A stretch of 64,000 nt of DNA, taken from positions 37,616 through 101,615 of IMG/VR virus record IMGVR_UViG_3300009508_000001; one strand, 5' to 3'. Position 1 is the first letter of the stretch. The number at the start of each line of letters is the position of its first letter. Below are positions 48,518-59,947 of the stretch, piece after piece. The DNA comes from a virus (Duplodnaviria; Caudoviricetes). The position numbers and the translations under genes are program-made. Below the pieces are notes generated by a model. It saw nothing but the letters and a program-made list of their open reading frames with translations, was not told the DNA's origin and searched no databases.

Positions 48518-50413
48518 TTAATCATTATTTTTGTTTATACCATACATTTTGTATATAAATTCCTGTAATTTAGAACTTGTTGTAGTTGATATAGAACCAT
48601 CTTTATTTTTTGGAGTAATAGTTTCTATTGAACCATCTGGTAATATTTTATCCATTGATATAGTATATAAAGAAGTGTCTGGATCAAACATATAATTTAT
48701 ATTCTTATAAGCTCTAGTATTTTGTAATTCTCTAGGTAATTCTAAAGTATTTTGTAAACCTAAATTTTCTACCATTCCTACTTTAATATTTTTTATTAGT
48801 TTAGCAGCTTGAAATTCAGGTGTGTCCATATCTGAAGTAGGTCTTGATACATAATATTGTCCTACTTTTTTACCATCTTTATAAGCTAATATTTCTCCAG
48901 GAGAAGTCATAGTAGCTTCATTAGCACCTTTTAAACCAGATATTAAATTATCAGGAGAATAATAACCTGTAAATTTAATTTTATCAAATTTATTTATATC
49001 ATTTTCATCTAATAAGTCACCACTTTCTTGATCATAAACTTTAATACCTCCTGCATCTATTTCAGTTTTAATATATTCATTACTTTGACTTAACAAAGTA
49101 GAATTAGTTTTAGGTAAAGAATTTAATTCACCAGGAGAACTATTAGCATTTATAACATTTTGTGTAAATTGTAATTGTTGAAATTTAGATATATAATTAG
49201 AAACTTTTTTAATTGTAACTGGATCATTTAAATCATTATTAGTTAAACCTAATTTTTGCTTAATAGCTTCATTATTAAACATTTTATCTGTATAAGATTG
49301 AAGTTTAGTTATTTCTTCTGGTCTTAAACCTACATTATTAATAGTTCTTAATTTTTTTTCACCAGAACCATACATTGATCTTAAACCATCTGATAATTTA
49401 GAATTTTTATCTTCATATTGAGATCCTTTTATAGCTGAATCAGATACTTCACCAGCTAAACTTGATGTAGTACCTATTTTAGATAAAGATTTTAATGTAC
49501 TATCTTTAAATACATTAGGGCTTACATTAGTTCTAGAATTATATACTACATTTTTAGATTTGTTTTTATTATCAGCAGAATAACCTTTATTACCTGTTAT
49601 TTTAGGATCTAGTGAATTACTATTTATAGAAAGATCTCTTTCCATAGTTAAAGCTAAATCTGCAAGAATATCTTTTCTAGTTCTACCTCCAAATAAACCT
49701 AGTTCTGCTCTTTGTTCAAGATCAGCCATTATATTTGAATTATTACCTAATCCTCTCATTACTATATCTGCAATAGCACCAGGTTTTGTAAATTTTTGAC
49801 CTGAAGTACCATGCACCCAAGTAGATCCATCAGGACTTAATTGATATCCATTCTCCATTAAGTAATTTTCTCTTTCTTGAGTAGGTACAGATTTTGCAAG
49901 TTCTAAAGCTTCTGCTATATAATCTGTATCTGCTGTAGCATTAAAAGAATCATATCTATCATTTTCAGCAACACCTTTATAATTATTTAAAGCTTGTTGC
50001 AAACCTAATTGATGTTTATCAGCTGATATAGTTCCTTTCTCAAACATTTTATCTAGTTGAGTTTTATTAGCTACATAAGCATCATAATTAGCTTTAATAT
50101 CCTTACCTTGACCTTGAGTCATCCATTTCTGCCTATCTCTTGCTAGAGACTTAATACGACCTAATGATTGATTAGTTATACCACTCTGGTTTATAGAATC
50201 AACTTCACCATCTATTTTAGATGTATAATCATTAATATATCCTTCAGCTAAGTCATTATCTTTTTGTAGTCTTTGTAAATCAAACAAACCTAATTCATCT
50301 AAAGCTGCTTGTGCTTGGTCATGTTTTGCTTGTTTAGCTAAAGGTACAGTAAATACCTCTTCCATTGTAAAAGGATTAAACTGACTTTGACTAAAATTAC
50401 TATATCTGTTCAT
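48518..50413 (-). CDS. Putative internal virion (cargo) protein
   Basis: N-terminal NRY...FNPFTMEE motif typical of crAss-like cargo proteins; synteny. Confidence 0.6.
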   Translation of the reverse strand: MNRYSNFSQSQFNPFTMEEVFTVPLAKQAKHDQAQAALDELGLFDLQRLQKDNDLAEGYINDYTSKIDGEVDSINQSGITNQSLGRIKSLARDRQKWMTQGQGKDIKANYDAYVANKTQLDKMFEKGTISADKHQLGLQQALNNYKGVAENDRYDSFNATADTDYIAEALELAKSVPTQERENYLMENGYQLSPDGSTWVHGTSGQKFTKPGAIADIVMRGLGNNSNIMADLEQRAELGLFGGRTRKDILADLALTMERDLSINSNSLDPKITGNKGYSADNKNKSKNVVYNSRTNVSPNVFKDSTLKSLSKIGTTSSLAGEVSDSAIKGSQYEDKNSKLSDGLRSMYGSGEKKLRTINNVGLRPEEITKLQSYTDKMFNNEAIKQKLGLTNNDLNDPVTIKKVSNYISKFQQLQFTQNVINANSSPGELNSLPKTNSTLLSQSNEYIKTEIDAGGIKVYDQESGDLLDENDINKFDKIKFTGYYSPDNLISGLKGANEATMTSPGEILAYKDGKKVGQYYVSRPTSDMDTPEFQAAKLIKNIKVGMVENLGLQNTLELPRELQNTRAYKNINYMFDPDTSLYTISMDKILPDGSIETITPKNKDGSISTTTSSKLQEFIYKMYGINKNND

Positions 50414-50414
50414 A

Positions 50415-52247
50415 TTATTTATTTTTTAAGTAATCTAAATAAGATGTAAACATTGAATTAGAATTTATCATTCCACCTTTAGCATTCTCATTAGTTTCTG
50501 ATTTAACTTCTTTTACTTGCTCTTCAGTAAGTCTTTGACTACTACCACAAATATAAGCTCCTGATGTGTCATAACATAATCCAGAATCTTTAACCATTTG
50601 CTTAAAAGATTGTTCTCTACCTATATTACCTAAATCATTACCTATTTGACTTATCATTTTAGATTTTTGAGTATCATAGTTACCTTCATTTCTAGCATTA
50701 ATATCATTTTCTTGATTAGCTTGATTTAAGTTTTGTCTATCAACTCCTAAATTAAATTGTTGAGCTGTAGTATTTTCTTGTCTATTTACTTGTTCACCTC
50801 TTTGAAAACCTTCTGAGACAGCTCTAGTTTTATTTAATTCAGCAGCAGCACTATTAGCTGCAAAAGATCCTAAAGATCCACCAGAACTCTCTTTAACATA
50901 GTTTTTGTTATAATTAGAGTTAACATTATTAATTAAAGATTGCTCATCAAACATATCTTTTTGATATCTATTATCCAATCTATCTAATCTTTCATAATCA
51001 GGTTTATCTAAATTAGCTAATTGTAAAGCATTACCTATTAATGGAGCATATCTTAAAGCTTCTACTCCAGCTCCTTGAGGAAAAGAAGTTTTATTATTTG
51101 ATGAATTATTACCTGTATTATTATCTCTATTTGTATTATTAATTAATTCTTGACTACCTTTTAATGCACTTTCTTGTAATCCTGGCATCATGGGTTCAAA
51201 ACCTTTTCTTTCTAATCCAGAATTAGCTAGTATAGTTGATTGTGGTATTCTTTGAGTATTAGGTGGAGCACCAATACTATAATCTATTTCATCATTGCCT
51301 TGAGGATTATTCTTTATATATTCAGCTAAATTAGTAAAATCTGGAAATCCTCCACCAGCATAATCATTACTCATTTTACCACCTTTAGCATAAGTATTTC
51401 TACTTGGTGCTATATTAGCATTAGGATTTCTTTCTTGTAAATATTTCATATTCTCCTTATGCTTAACATAATTATAAGGATTTTTATCTGTACGATTTAC
51501 ATTATATTCATTACCATTCATTTTAACATCATAAAATCCTAAATCAGCATACTTACCTAAATCTAATTGTGGTGGTGCTGGATTAGCTGCAAAATCATTT
51601 AAAGGATTAATACCTGTAAATTGTATATCTTGAGCATTATTTAAAGATTTTACATCTTTCTTTTCTTTATCTGTTAAAGTAGGCTCTGTAGGGTCTGTAT
51701 AACCACCCATTGCAAATACTGAATTAAATTGAGCATTTTGCATTAAAGCATTATTCATATTAGCTTCTGCTAAATCTTTCTTTTTCTTTCCACCACCTAT
51801 TAAACCAGCAGCTCCTCCTACAACACCACCTACAGCTACACCCCAAGGTCCAAATTGCATACCAGCTTGTGCTCCTTGTAGAGCTCCTGTTGCTGCCATA
51901 CCACCTTGATTAGCTTTCACACCAGTCATATCAGTGTTGCCTGAAGTGTCTACACTAGAATTACCAAAAGCCATTTGACCTAGATTCATTGCTGTTCCAG
52001 CTGCTTCTAAAGGATTACCTCCCATTTTCATTTCATTAGTTTCTGAAGAAGGATTTAATTCTTGCTCTTGCATTTTAGTATACTCTTGAGCTTCAGAAAG
52101 TCTTTTCATGAAAGTCTCTTTAGTATCATTAGAAAATTTATCTGATTTACCTTCAAATTTCTTTTCTATAGCTTTAGAAGCTTCTGCGAATGATTTACCT
52201 TTTATATAAGAAGGTAAATTAAACATTTTTATTATATTATTTTTCAT
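50415..52247 (-). CDS. Putative internal virion (cargo) protein with Gly-rich TM-like segment
   Basis: FGPWGVAVGGVVGGAAGLIG, LRYAP, repeated N-x-[FYM]-A-x-G-G. Confidence 0.65.
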   Translation of the reverse strand: MKNNIIKMFNLPSYIKGKSFAEASKAIEKKFEGKSDKFSNDTKETFMKRLSEAQEYTKMQEQELNPSSETNEMKMGGNPLEAAGTAMNLGQMAFGNSSVDTSGNTDMTGVKANQGGMAATGALQGAQAGMQFGPWGVAVGGVVGGAAGLIGGGKKKKDLAEANMNNALMQNAQFNSVFAMGGYTDPTEPTLTDKEKKDVKSLNNAQDIQFTGINPLNDFAANPAPPQLDLGKYADLGFYDVKMNGNEYNVNRTDKNPYNYVKHKENMKYLQERNPNANIAPSRNTYAKGGKMSNDYAGGGFPDFTNLAEYIKNNPQGNDEIDYSIGAPPNTQRIPQSTILANSGLERKGFEPMMPGLQESALKGSQELINNTNRDNNTGNNSSNNKTSFPQGAGVEALRYAPLIGNALQLANLDKPDYERLDRLDNRYQKDMFDEQSLINNVNSNYNKNYVKESSGGSLGSFAANSAAAELNKTRAVSEGFQRGEQVNRQENTTAQQFNLGVDRQNLNQANQENDINARNEGNYDTQKSKMISQIGNDLGNIGREQSFKQMVKDSGLCYDTSGAYICGSSQRLTEEQVKEVKSETNENAKGGMINSNSMFTSYLDYLKNK

Positions 52248-52257
52248 CTTTAGTATA

Positions 52258-53805
52258 TTATATTTTACTACCTTTTACAAAGCCACTTATTCTTTTAATT
52301 TTATCTTTTTGTTTTTTAATCTTTTTTAATTTTTCTAATTTTACTTTTTCAGAATAAGTAGACCAATCTTTTTCATATATTCTATCATAGAAAGGAATCT
52401 TGTTATCAGTATTAAATCCATTCCAGTCATAAGTGTCTACAAATGATATATATCTACCTTTTTCATCTTCACCTGCATCTGTTCTATATCTCCCTAAGTT
52501 AAATTCTCCTTTAAAGCTACCATGACCTTTATTGTACTGTCCTTTATATCCTGCTTTATTTTTAGGAAAAGCTTGATCTGCGTTGTGCTTTCTATCTTCA
52601 CCATTACTTTTTAGACCTTTAAATATATCATTAAAACTTCCATCATGATTGTAGTCTTTTTTAACTCTATCCGAAGTTAAATCATTATAAACATCTTCTC
52701 TCATGCCAGGTCTAGTATAATATTTAGGTTCTTTGTCTCCAGGATTTACATATGATTTTATAGTAGGTTTATAAGGACTTTCTTTTAAGTCTTCATCTTT
52801 CATACCAAAAAAATATTGACCTACATTTCCAAACATATTACCCCATGTATTTGCAGTTTTTCCAGTTTCCATTAGTCTTTCTTTACAAGGAGGTTGACCT
52901 TCTCCACCACAGTTAGGATTTAAATTACCACCTAAAGCAAATTCATTGTTTTTAGTTGGTTTTAATTTAGTATCTTTTTGATTTATAAATACTCTATCTG
53001 AGAATATAAATTTACCTTCTGGAAAGTCATAACTAGATTCTCCTTGTTCTACAGTATTAGGTTTACCATTACCACCCATACCTTGTGGAATACCTCCTAG
53101 AGGATTTTGTTCATGTCTACCACCTGTATTAAATGAATTAAGTTTACTATCCTCTTGGTTAATAAACTTTCTATTCATATATTTAGATAAATCTAAATTA
53201 TCTTGTTTAGGTGCAGCCATCATTCTTTCATCAGGTACTTTCATACCTGAAACATTTATTTTAACAGGTTCTTGTGGTGTATTAAACTTTTTTTTAAATT
53301 TATTAAGTGAATTATTAAAAGATTTAATATGCCCAGCTCTTTTCTCTTTACTTCCAGCCCACCAATGATCTGCCCATAAATCTTGAATAGATAAATCACC
53401 AGTAACATAATCTTTTAAATCAACACCACCTTTCATTCTTAGATCACCTAAAAATAATACATCTTGTTGAGCACTAGTTAAAGTACTAGCATCACCAGTA
53501 CCATTCTTTATAATTTTACTTATATAGTCTGGTACAGCATGACCTTTACTTCTTAAATATTTTTTAGTTCTATTAGCAGCACTAAGTATTCTATTACTAC
53601 CACCTTGACCTTCAAATTGATATTTACCTCTACCAGGACCTCCACCATACTGATGTATAGTAGGATCTAATGTTCCAGCAGATTCATGGTAAGCTATACC
53701 ATTCATAAGTCTTTTATAATCAGCTTCGGTACCACCTTTATCTTCAATGATATCTTTTAATATCTTATCAAAGTAAGGATCTTTGTTGTTTAAATTATCA
53801 TTCAT
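52258..53805 (-). CDS. Virion protein with N-terminal lysozyme-like domain
   Basis: GIAYHES...GPGRGKYQFE; GGRHEQNPLGGI...VEQGE...IFSDR motif; likely ATG 53805. Confidence 0.6.
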   Translation of the reverse strand: MNDNLNNKDPYFDKILKDIIEDKGGTEADYKRLMNGIAYHESAGTLDPTIHQYGGGPGRGKYQFEGQGGSNRILSAANRTKKYLRSKGHAVPDYISKIIKNGTGDASTLTSAQQDVLFLGDLRMKGGVDLKDYVTGDLSIQDLWADHWWAGSKEKRAGHIKSFNNSLNKFKKKFNTPQEPVKINVSGMKVPDERMMAAPKQDNLDLSKYMNRKFINQEDSKLNSFNTGGRHEQNPLGGIPQGMGGNGKPNTVEQGESSYDFPEGKFIFSDRVFINQKDTKLKPTKNNEFALGGNLNPNCGGEGQPPCKERLMETGKTANTWGNMFGNVGQYFFGMKDEDLKESPYKPTIKSYVNPGDKEPKYYTRPGMREDVYNDLTSDRVKKDYNHDGSFNDIFKGLKSNGEDRKHNADQAFPKNKAGYKGQYNKGHGSFKGEFNLGRYRTDAGEDEKGRYISFVDTYDWNGFNTDNKIPFYDRIYEKDWSTYSEKVKLEKLKKIKKQKDKIKRISGFVKGSKI

Positions 53806-53811
53806 AATATG

Positions 53812-53842
53812 CAAAGATAAGAAAAATAAATTATAAAAGCAA
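53812..53842 (-). promoter_or_regulatory. Bacteroidota-type promoter (near-leaderless transcript)
   Basis: TTG-N20-TATCTTTG, 6 nt before ATG 53805. Confidence 0.7.
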
Positions 53843-53893
53843 GTAAAAACACATATATTTTATATATGTAATTACCTGCTTATATATAAATTG

Positions 53894-56800
53894 TTAATAT
53901 GTTGAGTAAAATACTATAATATCATGTAGTATCATTTTATAGTTATCTTCATTGTCTAGTTCTAATTTAAGAAACATCCAAGGATTTCTAATTCTATCTC
54001 TACCATCTTTAGGTATATTAGCTTTCCAATCTCTAAACTTACGTCTTAAATTTAAGTTTCTAGATAATTTAAGAGGTATTAAACCAGTATCTTGATATTC
54101 ATTATAAGCTTGTATACCTGTAAGAGTCTTTTTAGGTTGATCTACGTTTCTTAAATATAACTCTGATTTATACATTATATTATTAAATACACAATCTTTA
54201 TTAGCTTCTGGGTTAACCATTAAAGTTATATAACTAGGCTCATATTTATCAAAGAATTTATTATATTCACCTTTATATTGTTCATATAATTTATTATTAT
54301 CTGGATTAGTTAATATAAGTTTCTCTCCTTGATTAATATAATGTGATGGTATATAACCAGGTTTTAAATCTATAAACTCTTCTTTAAGCTCATTATAACA
54401 CCAAGTAAATGATTTATCATCTTTTCTAATGCCATCATTATTATTTAAATGTAAAGTAAAATAAACATCATTATTATAGTTATCATAACCAAATACAACA
54501 CCTTTTTTAATTAAAGGATTATCAGTTTTTAACAAATTATAATTATAATTATTATTAAAGAATGAATGTTGACCTTTTATATCAGATAAAAAAGTATTAG
54601 TTGCATCAGGTATTCTACCAATTGCTTTATTTAGTAAATCATAGTAATATATTCCTTTCTTAGTTTCTAATATAGACCATTTATTAATACTACCTGATTG
54701 AGTAGTAATATAATCATAATCATATAATACAGAACCTCTACCTAATTCTATTGCTACACCATCATTAGCTTGCACTTGTATTCTAGGATTTACAGATATA
54801 TTAGAGATAGCTTTATCTTGAAATGATATAAGCCTATCTTTAAATACTTTAATGTTGTTAATAGGTCCATATACACCTTCTAAATCAATAACTTCATTTA
54901 CTAATATATCAGTCCAACTATCTATAGTTTCATTAGGAATTTTAAGCTTAGTAGCTTGTATTCTAGTATCAAAACTTTCTACTTTTCTAAAGTTATCAGG
55001 TTTAGCTGTAGATTTAATTAATGTAGGTTGTTGAGAATATACTCTATTATATTTATGATATTCTTCATCTTTAGGTTGAAATCTATTATCCCAATTAAAT
55101 AAAGATAAATCATTTCTATTTTTTAAGTCTACTGTAGTTTCTACAGGAAATGATACTATCTCACTTATTTGAGGTATTCTAGTATTAAGAACTTCTGTAT
55201 CAGTTTTACCTATTCTAAGAAATTGATAATTCTGAACATAAGTATCACCTGGAGATAATATAGTTATTTCATTACTAGTTATAGTTTTATATTCTCCAAT
55301 ATCAATATATACAGATCTTGTTTTAGCTTCATAAGTATTACCTCCATATATATTATTAAGATAAACATTATTAGCAGGTATTTTAATATCTACAGATAAT
55401 ATACCATTAGTAGGTAAATCTCCTGCATCATTAAATATATCTTCTATTCCAGATCTATTACCAGTAGGTATAGATTCATCTCCTAACATTAGTGTTATAT
55501 TTTTAGTAGACCAAGAGTTCATACTAACTAAAGCTGGACAATCATTACAATTATCTTCTCCATCAGATATAAAACTTTCTAAACTATTAGCATAAGCATA
55601 TTTAGCATTACCATTATAATTCTTTCTACCTTGACCTCTTTCTGCTATTTCAGGAGAACCATATATATCATATACTCTATCCGTAGAAGAACTTACATAA
55701 TCATTATAAGCCCTATACAATTGATAAAAATCTGTAGTATCAATATCTCCAGAAGGTCCTATATATCTTGGATTAGAGGTGCTATTAGGAGTGTCAAAAG
55801 TATCTTTCATATTATTATTCTCAAGAAATTGTCTTGTAGGAAAAAATTGAAATTTACCACCAAATTTTTCTAATGAACTATTTAATATAACTTCTTTTGA
55901 TTGTATATATTCTTCAGTCATTTGAGCTAATCCATTAACTTTCAATTGTAAATCACTTCTAATAGAAGTAAATTCAAATTGAACATCTGGACTATGTAAT
56001 TGCATCATTTTACTAAATTGAAATGTTTGAGATACTTTACCTGAGTTTTGCTCATTAGAATGTATTTCAACAGCATTTAATCTACTACCATGTAAACTTC
56101 TTACTATTTCTCCTCTACCTGAATTTACAGGTATTTGGTATAATTCTGGAAATAACTTACCACTATTTTCAAAATTTCTAATAAAATAACTAGGTATTTT
56201 TAACTCTTGATCTTGAATATCAGTTATATCAATTGGAAAATTATCTGTTTTAGCTTCTTCACCTTTTAATTGAAAAATCATTGATGATAATACACCTTGA
56301 TACATTATAGTTCTGTCACTTAATGTTCTATCAGCTCTTATAATTTTATATCCTATAGGCTTATCATCTTCTGATTCAAAGTTAGAAGAAGTATTTAACC
56401 ACACATAAAATTCAGGTTTTAAAGTTACTTTAAGTATATTATATAAACCATTAAGATTTGCTTTAGGTGCTTTAATATCAGCTATCCATTTAGGAAAAGA
56501 TGATTGACCCAATCTATTATAAAACTTAATACCTGTTCTATATATTTCTTCTGACTTAAAAAATGTATTTTCTTCAGCTTGAGAATCTGTTAATTCAGTA
56601 GGTGTAAGTTCATATTTTAAAAATCTACCTTCTCCTCCTAATATAGTAGTACCAGGTTGATACTTATTAATTTCATAATCAATATTTACAGAATCATGTT
56701 TTTCAGGTACATTACTATAAGTAATTATACTAACAGGATATCTATCTCCAGTTATATTACCATTAACTTCTTTTACATTATCATAAACTTCTGTAATATT

Positions 56801-57916
56801 ACTAATTGATGGAAAACTATAAGCTCTAGTATCAATATCTACATCAAAATTAATTTCTTTAATGTTAGATAATAATAACCTATTATCTTTAGCTTCTATA
56901 TGTTTAGGTATAATAGGTGATCCTCCCAAGAATAAAAATTCTTCTAATGATAAATTATTTATAACAGTTCCATCATCATAATATGTAATAGAATTATTAT
57001 CTATATTAGTTTCTAGTATTAAAGATATTTGTGGTATTTCATTAAAAGATGTATATTTTATAGCATATAATTTAAGATTAGTATATGTTGTATCTATATC
57101 GTCTATTTGTACAACAGGTATGCTACCTACTATTTCATTAACTTCTCCTCCACCTTGATTGTTACCTTTATCTAAAGATATTAGTTCACTTAATGGTGAA
57201 ATTACTGTTTGGGAAGAATTAAGTTTAAATAAATTATAAGCATATTGTATTTTACCTGATGTATGAATACCTCCTGAATTAATATCAGTAATTATAGGTT
57301 GGTTTAAATTAAAATTACCTACAAAATTAATAGTAGTTAATGGAAGATTTATTAACTCTTCTTTATCTCCATTATCAATAGAATGTTGAGTATTTATAAA
57401 CCTTACTTGTTTGCTACCATCTACCCAATATACTTTTTGTATGTTATCATTCTCATAGTTAAATAAAGCTTGTATAGGTTTATTTATATTAAAATCTAAA
57501 TTTCTAACATATAATAATTTAAGTTCATAAGAATTATTTAATACATTATCAACTAACCAAATACAATCAAAACCTTTATTATTAGTAGTAAATAAAATAA
57601 TACCTTCTCTAGTTTCAGAATGACCTATTATAACTTGATCTTCAGACACTAAATCTTCTATATTTTCTATTTCAGTATTAATATAAGGTAATTGTTTATC
57701 ATTATAATAAATTATTTTATTTACTTTATTTATAGTTACTTTAGGGATAGATAATACTAATTCATTACCTTTCTCATTAGTAAGAGAAGATGTAGATTGA
57801 CTATCAGTAGCTAGTAATTTTATATGACCAGCTTCAAAATAATATTGAGGTAAATGTTTACTTTTACTTAAATCTTGATTAGCTCCACCAAAAGTATAGA
57901 TTGCATTCTTAATCAT
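53894..57916 (-). CDS. Tail muzzle/stabilisation protein (crAss-like)
   Basis: 1340 aa; FGGANQDLSK, KVYWVDG, PGDTY, YGPIN, RIRNPW motifs; synteny. Confidence 0.8.
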   Translation of the reverse strand: MIKNAIYTFGGANQDLSKSKHLPQYYFEAGHIKLLATDSQSTSSLTNEKGNELVLSIPKVTINKVNKIIYYNDKQLPYINTEIENIEDLVSEDQVIIGHSETREGIILFTTNNKGFDCIWLVDNVLNNSYELKLLYVRNLDFNINKPIQALFNYENDNIQKVYWVDGSKQVRFINTQHSIDNGDKEELINLPLTTINFVGNFNLNQPIITDINSGGIHTSGKIQYAYNLFKLNSSQTVISPLSELISLDKGNNQGGGEVNEIVGSIPVVQIDDIDTTYTNLKLYAIKYTSFNEIPQISLILETNIDNNSITYYDDGTVINNLSLEEFLFLGGSPIIPKHIEAKDNRLLLSNIKEINFDVDIDTRAYSFPSISNITEVYDNVKEVNGNITGDRYPVSIITYSNVPEKHDSVNIDYEINKYQPGTTILGGEGRFLKYELTPTELTDSQAEENTFFKSEEIYRTGIKFYNRLGQSSFPKWIADIKAPKANLNGLYNILKVTLKPEFYVWLNTSSNFESEDDKPIGYKIIRADRTLSDRTIMYQGVLSSMIFQLKGEEAKTDNFPIDITDIQDQELKIPSYFIRNFENSGKLFPELYQIPVNSGRGEIVRSLHGSRLNAVEIHSNEQNSGKVSQTFQFSKMMQLHSPDVQFEFTSIRSDLQLKVNGLAQMTEEYIQSKEVILNSSLEKFGGKFQFFPTRQFLENNNMKDTFDTPNSTSNPRYIGPSGDIDTTDFYQLYRAYNDYVSSSTDRVYDIYGSPEIAERGQGRKNYNGNAKYAYANSLESFISDGEDNCNDCPALVSMNSWSTKNITLMLGDESIPTGNRSGIEDIFNDAGDLPTNGILSVDIKIPANNVYLNNIYGGNTYEAKTRSVYIDIGEYKTITSNEITILSPGDTYVQNYQFLRIGKTDTEVLNTRIPQISEIVSFPVETTVDLKNRNDLSLFNWDNRFQPKDEEYHKYNRVYSQQPTLIKSTAKPDNFRKVESFDTRIQATKLKIPNETIDSWTDILVNEVIDLEGVYGPINNIKVFKDRLISFQDKAISNISVNPRIQVQANDGVAIELGRGSVLYDYDYITTQSGSINKWSILETKKGIYYYDLLNKAIGRIPDATNTFLSDIKGQHSFFNNNYNYNLLKTDNPLIKKGVVFGYDNYNNDVYFTLHLNNNDGIRKDDKSFTWCYNELKEEFIDLKPGYIPSHYINQGEKLILTNPDNNKLYEQYKGEYNKFFDKYEPSYITLMVNPEANKDCVFNNIMYKSELYLRNVDQPKKTLTGIQAYNEYQDTGLIPLKLSRNLNLRRKFRDWKANIPKDGRDRIRNPWMFLKLELDNEDNYKMILHDIIVFYSTY

Positions 57917-57918
57917 AA

Positions 57919-58716
57919 TTAATATTTTCTAATTTGTTCTTTAGTATGTAAATTTTTAAAACCATCATCAGCTTGATTATGATCATGTATTAATCTTCTA
58001 ATACCATTCATGGAAGATTCCCAATGATCCATACCAGCTAATTTAAGGTTGTTTTGAGCTTGTCCTACAGCCCAAGAGTATTCTTGTTCAAGTTTGTTAT
58101 AAAACCTCTCAGAAACCTTCCCTGTAGCTAATAGACCAAATAAATGTTCTTTAAGTATGTAATAATACAAAGCATCTTGAAAAGACTGATCATCTGGTAT
58201 CATAGGATAACCTTCTTCATCTGTTAATAAAGATCTATATGATATTTGAATAACACCTTCTTGTTCAGATAAATTAGCATAGTTGTTATTTAAAGTATAT
58301 GTTATATCACAAGCTTTATCATCAGGATAAGATTGACCATTACAATGATAATCTGAATTATATATATAACCAGTATATTTAGCTGGTAACCAATTTGGAT
58401 ACTGATTAAAATATCCTACTAAATTTTCATCTGTAATAAAACTAGGTGTTGTATCAAGTCTTAAATTATCAGGTATATCATTATTAGTTATAAATCTTAT
58501 ACCTCTAATAAATATTAAATCTTTAGGTAAAGAAGCTTTATAATTATTTACTGTAGAATATTCTACTGATTCTCCAAAAGAAAAACCTATTTGTAACCTT
58601 CTAATTAATTCTAAAGCATAATCAGCAGCTTGTTCTTCAGATAAATCTGATACAAACGTTTGATTCATAGCTCTCCATAGAACTGTTTTAAAAGATACGT
58701 GCTTACCATTATACAT
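57919..58716 (-). CDS. Tail ring/tubular protein
   Basis: TDEEGYPMIPD motif; synteny. Confidence 0.7.
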   Translation of the reverse strand: MYNGKHVSFKTVLWRAMNQTFVSDLSEEQAADYALELIRRLQIGFSFGESVEYSTVNNYKASLPKDLIFIRGIRFITNNDIPDNLRLDTTPSFITDENLVGYFNQYPNWLPAKYTGYIYNSDYHCNGQSYPDDKACDITYTLNNNYANLSEQEGVIQISYRSLLTDEEGYPMIPDDQSFQDALYYYILKEHLFGLLATGKVSERFYNKLEQEYSWAVGQAQNNLKLAGMDHWESSMNGIRRLIHDHNQADDGFKNLHTKEQIRKY

Positions 58717-58722
58717 GTTATA

Positions 58723-59235
58723 TTATTTTTTTACGAAAGTGTCATACTTTCTTTTAGAATAATCTTTTATTCTTTTAGTTATATTTCTTTTTATTGTTCT
58801 TATGGGAGCAAATGAATAAACTGTTTTATTTTTATAATTTGCAATTTTTTTATTATAAAATATTTTAAATACATATCCATTAGTATGTTTATTTTCATGT
58901 CTAATCAATATTTTATTTTCTTTAGCTTTTTCATTGTTAGCCCAAAGATTATTAGTTGCTTTCCAGTCTATAGGTTTATTATTTATAATAACACCTTCAT
59001 CATTCATATAAACTTTTCTTTTCTCTTTTAATATTTCTAACACTCCCATTCTAACTGGTAGAGTTAAAGTAAGCTCGTCTATAAGAAGATCTCCCATAGC
59101 TTCATTATATTCACTTATTATTTTATTAAAAGTAACTTTATCTATATCTATATCTTTATATATAGTACAGAAAAATTTATAGTAATCATTCATACCATAA
59201 TGAGCAGGTATTTTTTTAGATTTTCTTTTAATCAT
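58723..59235 (-). CDS. IHF/HU-like protein (crAss-like)
   Basis: LPVRMGVLEI, IDWKAT..LW, N.HTNGY. Confidence 0.7.
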   Translation of the reverse strand: MIKRKSKKIPAHYGMNDYYKFFCTIYKDIDIDKVTFNKIISEYNEAMGDLLIDELTLTLPVRMGVLEILKEKRKVYMNDEGVIINNKPIDWKATNNLWANNEKAKENKILIRHENKHTNGYVFKIFYNKKIANYKNKTVYSFAPIRTIKRNITKRIKDYSKRKYDTFVKK

Positions 59236-59905
59236 TTGAATTATTTAGTTTATCTTCTGGTATTTGTTTAGTTCTTAAAAGATCTTTAATTATATCTTCT
59301 CTTATTATATCAATAAGTTCTATTTGAATAGGATATTCTATAGTATCAATATCTATACATTGAGTAGAATCTTCACAATTACAACAGTTTTTATATTCTT
59401 GTAAATCTAAAGGATTTTCAAACACTCCTGTTATACTCACACATTCTAAAAATATATCATCACCACCTATAAAATATAAATAACCATCATTGTGAAGATA
59501 TGTTTTTATTTTATTAGGATGATAAGAACTATTTAAGTAAGAAGCTTTTTCTCTAGGTATAACATTAAACTTTTTAGACAACCTATTAGAAGGTGATATT
59601 CTTTCAATAGCATCCTTATCAGAAAGTTGTAAAAACTGAGGTAATGTTTTATTAGTTCTTAATATAGTATCACATTCTAAATCTAATCCACATTCATTTA
59701 TAGATACTTCTTCAGTACCTAAACAAAATGTTTGAAGTATTCTAGTATTAAACTTTCTACCTAATTGATCTAAACGTTGTTTTAGATATTTAGCACGTTT
59801 AATATTTATTAAATAATGTATATATCTATCATCTATTTCTGAGTCATCTGTATACTCTTTAATAGCTTCTCTTATGTCATATGTAATTTCTGCTAATGTA
59901 GCCAT
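59228..59905 (-). CDS. Tail ring/adaptor protein
   Basis: TLAEITYDI...DDS, GVFENP, YPI; synteny. Confidence 0.65.
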   Translation of the reverse strand: MATLAEITYDIREAIKEYTDDSEIDDRYIHYLINIKRAKYLKQRLDQLGRKFNTRILQTFCLGTEEVSINECGLDLECDTILRTNKTLPQFLQLSDKDAIERISPSNRLSKKFNVIPREKASYLNSSYHPNKIKTYLHNDGYLYFIGGDDIFLECVSITGVFENPLDLQEYKNCCNCEDSTQCIDIDTIEYPIQIELIDIIREDIIKDLLRTKQIPEDKLNNSND

Positions 59906-59918
59906 ATTATTTTAAATT

Positions 59919-59947
59919 GAAAACCCCCTCTAATCTAGAGAGGGTTA
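59919..59947 (-). terminator. Intrinsic terminator after the exonuclease gene
   Basis: Minus strand AACCCTCTCT-agatt-AGAGGGGGTT followed by TTC. Confidence 0.7.

Noticed and set aside
31971-57916. Stop-codon reassignment (TAG or TGA), known in some crAss-like phages
   Set aside because: Giant ORFs are intact and tightly packed under the standard code; the interruptions in dnaB, thyA and the ATPase are explained by introns.
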